A DNA stretch of 54,742 nt. Source: Saprolegnia diclina VS20 (Eukaryota). Positions 47,428-54,742 of this stretch are shown in pieces. The DNA lies in contig NW_008246097.1 of the NCBI RefSeq assembly GCF_000281045.1, positions 349,440 to 404,181 of the forward strand, given 5' to 3'. A model generated the notes under the pieces. It worked only from the letters and a program-made list of their open reading frames with translations. It ran no database searches and was not told where the DNA came from. Both the position numbers and the translations under genes were made by a program. Position 1 is the first letter of the stretch. Each line of letters opens with the position of its first letter.

Positions 47428-50400
47428 ATGGCCAGCCTCGAGCGCTTGCTGCAGACAACGACCGATGACATTGAGGCCGTCGAGGCGCACCTCGCGCGCA
47501 TGGACATGGCCGAGGTGCGAGTCTACGATGCATGCTGCCACGTGCCAAGACAATCGTTGTAGATCGAGGGTCTCGTGCGCGGCCTGCCTCGCCACGAGCA
47601 CGACGACGCCGCCATGGCCTTTGTCCGCCTCGTACTCGGCTGTCCGATCGAGGGCCAGTCCCTGGCCTTGGCAGCGTACGAACAGACGGTGCCGCGTCGA
47701 CGCTCCGTCGTCGATTTGCTGCTGTCGATGGTGCTCAAGAAGAAGTTGCACTACAAGTGGGTCAACGAGCTCTCGATGGTCTTCATGGTCCTCGTGGACG
47801 AGCTGCGGGACGACAAAGACACGACGTGCAGCGTCATGAGCGAGATCCAAAGCGTGCTCCAAGCCATCGTCGCCTTGCTGCATGCTGCGCTGACCAATTT
47901 TTCAACCGTCGACGAGAGGAGCTTCCAGTCGATCCTCGACAGCGTGCCGTACCTCGTCTCGCTCCTGCCACCGTCGTCCGACACCTCCCACGTACGTGCC
48001 TATCGCCATAGCGTGTGCTCAGCCTCTTGCAGCTCGTGGAACAGCTGCTTCAATTACCGTGGGCTGCACCGACCTTGCACCTCGTACTGGGCTTTGCCCG
48101 CGGCTGCACGTTTCTGACTCGCGCACACCACCACACACTGCAGGTATACTCTATTTACCCGTCTTCAACCTCACATACCATGCTTGCTCAGGCGCTCGTG
48201 CGAGCGACCATGCCCTCTCTCTCGACCCAGCTCGCCTTAGGCTTCTGGGACGACTCGATCCGGGCGTGCTACGAGCTCAGTGACGCGCACGACGACCAAA
48301 CGTGGATTCAACTGTCTCGCGACATGCTGTCGTTTGCACCGCCGTCGCTGGAGCGGGACCTCGACTACCTTTTCGAGACGGTAGGGTCCCATGCCAAGAG
48401 CTTATTGAAGGGACATGGTTGACTACATAGCTGTTTCAGTACTCGCCAGTCTACGTACAGCGCTTCCACAAGGTGCTGCGGTCGTCCAGCGCCGCGTGGA
48501 CGCCGCTGGACGTGCTTGTCCTGCTGCATGCGATGCACGCGACCCAGCCGCTCTTCAAGCTCGCGATTGCCAAGCCCGAGTCGGAGCACAAGCAACTCCA
48601 GAACACGCTGCAACGGCACTTGGAGGCGACCTTGGTCCTCGACCTTCGCCCGCTGCTGCGCTTCTCAAAGCACTGGAAAGCGCTCGTGCTGCTGGACGCT
48701 GCTGTGTCGTGGCTGCCGACGTCGGCCGTGATCGCGCACCACACGTTTCTCGTCGTCTTCACCGACGTGCCCGAGCTCCGCACCGAGGTCGTCAATGTGC
48801 TCCTCTCTTCGATCCATGCAACGGACCAAGCGCTGCATGTTCTTGAGACACTCGCGAAAGACCAGACGCAGCTGCTCGCGATGTGCGCGCCCCAACTCCA
48901 AGACCGGCTGGCCCACCTCTTTTCGACGTCGGTGCCCTGCGGCACGCGCCTGCTCCGTGCCCTTCTTCCGCTGACAGCCTCATCGGCGTTTGAGAGCTTT
49001 GTGATGATCTTCCTTCGCAAGCAGCTCGTGGCGCCCGTGCTCGCCAACCAAATGGCAGCCATTTCCCTGTGGTGCGACCTCTTGCAGCGGCCGACGCTCT
49101 CGCCGCGGCAGCAAGAAGACATCTTTACGTGCTTCCACGACGTGCTTCACATGCAAAGCGCAGAGCTCAAGCGACATCTGCTCGAACGACTCCCCGCGCT
49201 CCTTGCGACCACGTCGGTGGCGCCACCGGCTCACATCGAGGCAGCGTGTCGGCGGAATCTGCGCTACTTTGTCGACTTTACACCGCCCAGTACGCTCTCA
49301 CTGCAGAGCGTTGTCGATGCCGACGCGGCACCGGTCTTTGCGCTCTTGCTCGACGTGCTGCCGCGTCTGAGCGCCGAGGCCGCCGCCTATGTCGACGCGC
49401 TTCGCCATGCGCTGGGACAACGCGTCTCGAGTGCGCACTGCATCGCCTACTTGACGCAGCCGCCGACGCAGTCGAGTGCTCTTCGCGCCGCCATCTACGC
49501 CACGTGCTGCGAGGTCGCGGACCATGGAAACGTCGCGCGGCTGCAGTGCACACTCCGCCGTGTGCACGGATCACTGCCACAGAACCAGCTCCTTGGTGCC
49601 CTCGAAGCCTCGAGCTGCTGCCTTCAGCACACCATGCTCGGTCTTGTGGCGCTCGAGAAGCAGGCGGCGCACTTGAGCGTCGACCAAGTCGCTGTCGCCG
49701 TGACGAGCACCGTGCGCTTGTACCCGGAGCTAGTCCAGGGCCAAGGCAGCATCCCGCTTCTCCATGACAACAATGGTGACGACGATGTGGATCTGGTCGC
49801 GACGTGCCGCCTCAAGCCGCTGAAATCGTACAAGCTCTCAGACGTCCTCGGCGCGATCTTGCGGTTGTGGGTCGCACTCGCCAAGACCAATGAGTACTTT
49901 GACTACACCGCGTTTCTTGCTACGTGGCACGTCGATGCGTGGGAGCCGGTGCTCGCGGCCTTCCACGAGCAGCTCACGCACCTCTTGGGCGGGTCGTCGC
50001 ACGTCTACCTCGCGCTCGTCCTCGTCGAGTGGCTCAAGCTTCTGCACGCGCAGCTGTCGCCATCCAGCCAAGTTGACGCCGCCGACACCATGTACCTCCT
50101 CCTCTGCGAGAACGCTATTGCGTCGCCCAACCTTCTCCGAGCTGTCTTGAGTATGGGCTTTCCCAGCAACGTCCCGCTCGAACGGCTCATCGCAGTCCTC
50201 CGCGAAGCGCAAGCCCCGGACGCCGACGACCGCACCTCGACCGCGCCGACGGCCAAGCACAAGCGGCTGCGACCGGCCGTGACCCACCCACTCCTCGTCT
50301 CTGAGACGACGCGCGCGACCGCGTACGTGGTCGCGATGAAGCACGTCGAGGGCGCGCTGCAGAGCTGGTACGCGGAGCTGAGTGCGAATGGATCGCCGTC

Positions 50401-51039
50401 CACGCCGTGGGCCAACGTGCACGCGATGCTTTCAGAGGCGTTTGTGGCGCCGCGTCTCTCGTGGAAAGCGGCGGCCGGCGTCCTCGACAGCGTCCTTCGC
50501 GTCGGCAAGTGCGTTCTACCAGCGATCCACGGCGGCTCGGCCATCGTCGCCATCATCCGCGACCTTGTCGTGCTGCAATTGGAGCTCATTCAGGCGTGGC
50601 AGCTCTACGCCTCGGTACGAAGGAGCTCACAGTTGCGTTGATGGTGGACTCTCATTAGGCGACGGTCGACATGACCACCAAGATGGACGTCTTCTTGCTC
50701 GAGGCAACCTCGACGCTTGGGTCCGCCCTTAAAAAGGTAGCGTGCTGGAGACCGTAGAGGTGATGGCAATCGGGTTGTGAGTAGAAGCATGCGCTGGCGC
50801 GCGACGACCGGGCGATCATCGAGGAGCTCACCCAGCGCATCATGCACCACGTGCAAGCCATGTCCGAGATGACCAAGAAGCAGACGACGCAGCTCCGGCA
50901 GCAAGCACAGGAGCTGCGGACCGCCACCAAGCAGCGACGGAAGCACCTACTGCGCAGTCGCCACGAGTACATTGACGAGTGTCTCCGCGAAGAAGGCGGC
51001 GACGACGCCTTCGCCGACCTCGAAGACTTTATTGCCTAA
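47428..51039 (+). CDS. Divergent alpha-solenoid protein resembling FANCI/FANCD2; multi-exon
   Basis: Long Leu-rich helical ORF. Ordered blocks WTPLDVLVLL, FTDVPELRTEVVNVLL, RLLRALLPL..FVMIFLRKQL..MAAI and DIF..LHMQSAELKRHLLE resemble the FANCI/D2 solenoid core. Ends LRSRHEYIDECLREEGGDDAFADLEDFIA*. Confidence 0.55.
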
Positions 51040-51601
51040 CGTACATGGCCAACGTCTGCCATGCAAAGCGATCGAGTACCACTGCGAGTAGAAGGCGAGC
51101 GAGCTACTTTAGCGAGGATGGGCATGCGTCGTGCGTCTGTCGGCGCGGCTAGCCGGTTCGTACAAGCCGTGCGGCGAGCGCAAAGGTTCGCCGCCTACGG
51201 TAATCGTATCGCACCGCTTGTGACGTCAAGTCCACACGGCGCCAGCTGGTTGCGCTCGCAGCTCGGTGGCACTCACGCCACAGAAAGCATGACGCGCCGC
51301 TTGTGTAATGGCCCATCGCAGTAGCTGGATCCGGAGATCGTGCGATGGTGGTTACCACGGCCAGGATCGCATCCCACCGAGCCTCGCCGGCTCATGGCCT
51401 CGGCTGGAGAACGACCGGCGACGCAGCGGCGCTGGCTTGGTGTTGCTGCTGCGGTCGGGGCGCTGGCGAAACGGGCTTGACTTGTGGGTGGCACATGCCG
51501 AAAGTAACGAGCGCTGTTTGCGGCGTCCTGTTACCAATTCCGTATATTAATTCTGAGAGGGTGCAATAGTACAGTAGGAGGTTTGCAGCGTCGGCAGCAG
51601 C

Positions 51602-53508
51602 ATGCAGCAGCGCCGGACCCTCTGCGTCTCGCAGCTCCGGAGCATCTGCCTCCGCCACTTGAGCTTCACCAGCAGCACGGGCGCGAGCGACTTCTCGGCG
51701 CCCAAGATGGGCGCTACGGGCGAAAGCCTCGGCGAAGTCGAGCTGCCGGACCTCTTTGTGCGCCTCGCGGCCGGCGCCACCATTCTGTACGAGAGCGACG
51801 TGGCCAAAGAGACGCTCAACCCGACGTGGCCGCCCGTCGAGCTCGATGAGCGCCTTGGCAACACGATCTCGCCCTACGAGTGTCTCCAGGACTCGGTCTT
51901 TGAGCTCATCGTCTACCGCTACGTGAGCAGCGACCGCAAGCCATACGAGCCGCCGTATGTAAGCCTCAAGGAAGAAGACAACGAAGACGACGACGACGAC
52001 GACGATAACGACAACGATACAGAGCATGGCGACGACCAGGCCAAGTCGACCGCGACCGACGAGAGCGACGGGTAGAACGCTCGCAGAATTGCCTTGCATA
52101 CTCACCCACACACCATGTCCCACATGCAGGCGCCACGACATGCGAAGCTTTGAAGAAGTCCTTCGCTTTATCGTGCAGCTCGATGCGCTCGAGCCGCTGC
52201 ACTGCGACTACCGCGAGCTCTACGGCCTTCCGCTCAACACTCTCATCCTCGGGTTTCAGCTCGAGAAAGACGCGGAGACGTACTTTGTACCGCGGGATAC
52301 GATGCTGCATTTGGTGCAGAGCGGCGCGATGGCCGGTCGTCGGCGCAAAGGTGCCTCCGTCTCTGCGACCCACTGCGTCGTCCTCACGACATTGGAGTAG
52401 AAGGTATTGTGCGCGAGACCAAGTACGCGCTGCCAACCGCTGCGCTCCTGCTCAACACCAACATTGGTCTTTTGGCCGAGATTGAGCAGCGCAAGCGCAG
52501 TATTGAAGCCAAGCGTGAGCGCATTGCACAGCAGCTCGCGGCGCACGAAGCAGCGGCGGAAAAGGTAACGACCCATGGTGACGACGGCTCACCGCTGTGC
52601 CTGCAGGAACACCAGCGGCTGCGGCTTCAGAACCGCATCATCGCCCTGCGCAAGGAAGTGGACGAGCGCAAACAAGCGCAATCACGAGGTACACAAAGCC
52701 GACGCTATCGGGCGAGTACTCAATGTCTTTGACCAGTAAAATCAGTCGTCAAGGTCGAGAAGCAGCTGCTGCAGCTCGACGAGCGCATTCCGCGGACGCT
52801 CGTGCACCTCATGGATATTCACAACAAGGCCAATGACGAGCGCAACGGGATCTGGGAACGCCGGTGCGCCAGAGTCAGATCTGAGTTGCCACACTGAGCA
52901 AACGATAGGACCGAGGTGCTCAAGGTCGCGCACAAAATCCGGTCCAAGCAAGCCCACTTGGTCGTCCAGCTGCACGACATTTACCCGATCTCGTACGTTG
53001 GCGCGGGCGAGTATTGCATCGGCGGCATCAAGTTTATGAACGCCGACGTGGCCAACGGTATATTTGGTGTATCAAGGTATCAATTTTTGAGCATGCTGTA
53101 GGCAAAGACGACGAAATGCTCTCGACGGCGCTCGGATACATTGCCCACTTTGTATTTATGCTCGCCAAGTACCTCGACGTGAACCTACGGTATACGATCG
53201 TGCACTGCTCGTCGCGCTCGTTCATGCGCGATGACGTCAACGACCCGTACATTGAATACCCGCTCTTCAAGCGCGGTGTCGAGAAGGACCGGTTCGAGAA
53301 GGCCTGCGTCTTTCTCAAAAAGGACGTGGAACAGGTGCAACTTGACTATTCTCGGGTCGCTAGGGACTGATCACTCACTATGTAGTTGCTGCAAGCACGG
53401 GGCCTCGAGATCGTCGTCAACAGCCAGCTCCTCATCCGCCTCAAGTCGATCGTCGACGCCGAAGTCGCATGGCTCCAAGCAAATAGCAGCGCTGCATCGT
53501 CGTCCTAG
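51602..53508 (+). CDS. UVRAG: UVRAG/Vps38 (PI3KC3 complex II subunit); multi-exon
   Basis: C2 region QLRSICLRHL..LYESDVAKETLNPTW, LPLNTLILGF; coiled coil; BARA2-like LHDIYPI..STALGYIAH..YLDVNLRY..SRSFMRD..EYPLF..RFEKACVFLKKDVEQL. Confidence 0.9.
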
Positions 53509-53668
53509 TAGAGCCGACGCCACTCGACTATTTCAAATAACACTATTTCCGTGTCGTTCATTCGCAATGTACTATACCGTACCGTACACCATACATAATG
53601 CGTAATGTACAATACACGAATGTACGTACGACCGGTACAAGACACGAACCCACCACATTGCACCCGTC

Positions 53669-54742
53669 ATGCTGGCGTGCACCTTCCGGCGTGTGCTCCT
53701 CGCCGGTGGCCTCGCGTGCATCGTGGCATGCGCTGCGCTCATCACGTATCTGGACGAATCCTCGTACTTCGCGACGTCGCTGCGCAAGTTTCGCACAAAG
53801 CGCGAGACCGAGTGGTTGCCGCACCACTTGACCAACTTTAGCCGCGCCGCCGTCCTCTTCTTGCCAGCCAGCAACGACAACGCGCGGTTCCTCTCCGAGT
53901 TTCGCTGGTTCCACCGCAGCTGGCTCGAGATGAAAAAGCACGAACCCGCGTTGTGGCGCACCGACATTGTGGTCTTTAGCGACGCGACAGTACCTTTGCT
54001 GGCGGAACTCGGGTGCACGGACTCGCCTCGCAGCTCCAACTCGGAGCCCAACAAGTGCGTCGCAGTTCAAAACTACACCAAACTCCAAAACGAAAACTTC
54101 ACCTACGCCTACGCCGACTCGGTCAACGTCCTCGCTGTCGACTTGCCCGCGACCGCCAACTACGACTGGATTCTCCGCACCGACATTGACACGTTCCTCA
54201 CACCAGCGTTTGCCACGTGGAAGCCCGACTCGTTCGCCGTTGGCCGTGGCGCCTACTGCGGACCCGGCACTTGCGACCGCCTCGCGCGCATCAGCCGCGA
54301 CCTCAACCTGACCGAAGCTACCCAGCACAACATTGGCTCGACGTGGTATGGCCCTGCGACGACGCTCAAGGAGTGCGCCAAGCTCAGCGTCGAGACGATG
54401 ATGTACCTGCGCGACCGCGAGTTTACGGACGAAGAGAAGAGCGTGGCGTACGGCGTTCAAGGCTGGCCCAAGTGGCACTACGGAGTCTTGACCATGTACA
54501 GCGGCGACATTGCGATCAACCACTGCACGCGGGCGATGGGGTTCGAAACGCGTACCGATATGCTCGACTTTCCGTCGTCGTCGTCCGAGTCGCCAATGGA
54601 GCACGCGCATCTGCACACGTGGCAGAACGACGAGCGGTTCAGCAAATTTGTGTTTCATTTCGCCGGGTACCCAAACGAGAAGCTCGCGGACTTGGACCTG
54701 AACGTGATCTCCGACTATGCAATGTACATGGCGCTCGACTCG
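53669..54742 (+). CDS. Type II membrane protein with a GT-A-like DxD motif (putative glycosyltransferase); runs off the 3' end
   Basis: Open frame from ATG 53669 to the window end, absent from the ORF track because it has no stop. Signal anchor VLLAGGLACIVACAALITYL; YAYADS, YDWILRTDIDTFLTP (DxD 54182-54190), VGRGAY, HNIGSTWYG, WPKWHYGVLTMY, HLHTW. Confidence 0.8.
   Translation, partial: MLACTFRRVLLAGGLACIVACAALITYLDESSYFATSLRKFRTKRETEWLPHHLTNFSRAAVLFLPASNDNARFLSEFRWFHRSWLEMKKHEPALWRTDIVVFSDATVPLLAELGCTDSPRSSNSEPNKCVAVQNYTKLQNENFTYAYADSVNVLAVDLPATANYDWILRTDIDTFLTPAFATWKPDSFAVGRGAYCGPGTCDRLARISRDLNLTEATQHNIGSTWYGPATTLKECAKLSVETMMYLRDREFTDEEKSVAYGVQGWPKWHYGVLTMYSGDIAINHCTRAMGFETRTDMLDFPSSSSESPMEHAHLHTWQNDERFSKFVFHFAGYPNEKLADLDLNVISDYAMYMALDS

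Noticed and set aside
51061..51569. Small ORFs between the FANCI-like gene and UVRAG
   Set aside because: No motifs or convincing codon bias; treated as intergenic/UTR.
19693..53508. Functional cluster of lysosome/contact-site genes (KICS2, LAM, UVRAG) or ciliary genes
   Set aside because: Interspersed with unrelated housekeeping genes; chance co-location is adequate without synteny or co-expression data.

Overview
Gene-dense, GC-rich eukaryotic DNA with many very short (about 35-60 nt) spliceosomal introns. The style and gene content suggest a flagellated oomycete, probably Saprolegniales (inference). About 22 protein-coding genes were reconstructed by eye from ORF fragments and splice sites: two tandem 6TM K+ channels, a P/Q/Y-rich membrane protein, a Cep192/Spd-2-like ASH-domain protein, Pin1, Noc4, a 4-EF-hand protein, an Ada3-like protein with a Tudor-like tail, Uba2, KICS2/C12orf66, CFAP54, a guanylate-binding protein, an RS/RD-repeat protein, EIF1AD, a TSNAXIP1_N-like protein, a tandem F-BAR+GRAM+VASt+TM sterol-transfer protein, two tandem BTB/POZ proteins, a PKG-architecture kinase, a divergent FANCI/D2-like solenoid, UVRAG/Vps38 and a partial DxD type II membrane protein. 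No rRNA, tRNA, CRISPR or intact transposon is supportable. The most interesting signals are the Cep192-like gene, the double F-BAR LAM/Aster fusion, the Ada3-Tudor fusion, KICS2, the cAMP-type cassettes in the PKG-like kinase and a degenerate 14-bp tandem array at about 4414-4591. Family calls rest on motifs recalled from memory, not database searches. CDS spans include introns, and exon boundaries are manual.
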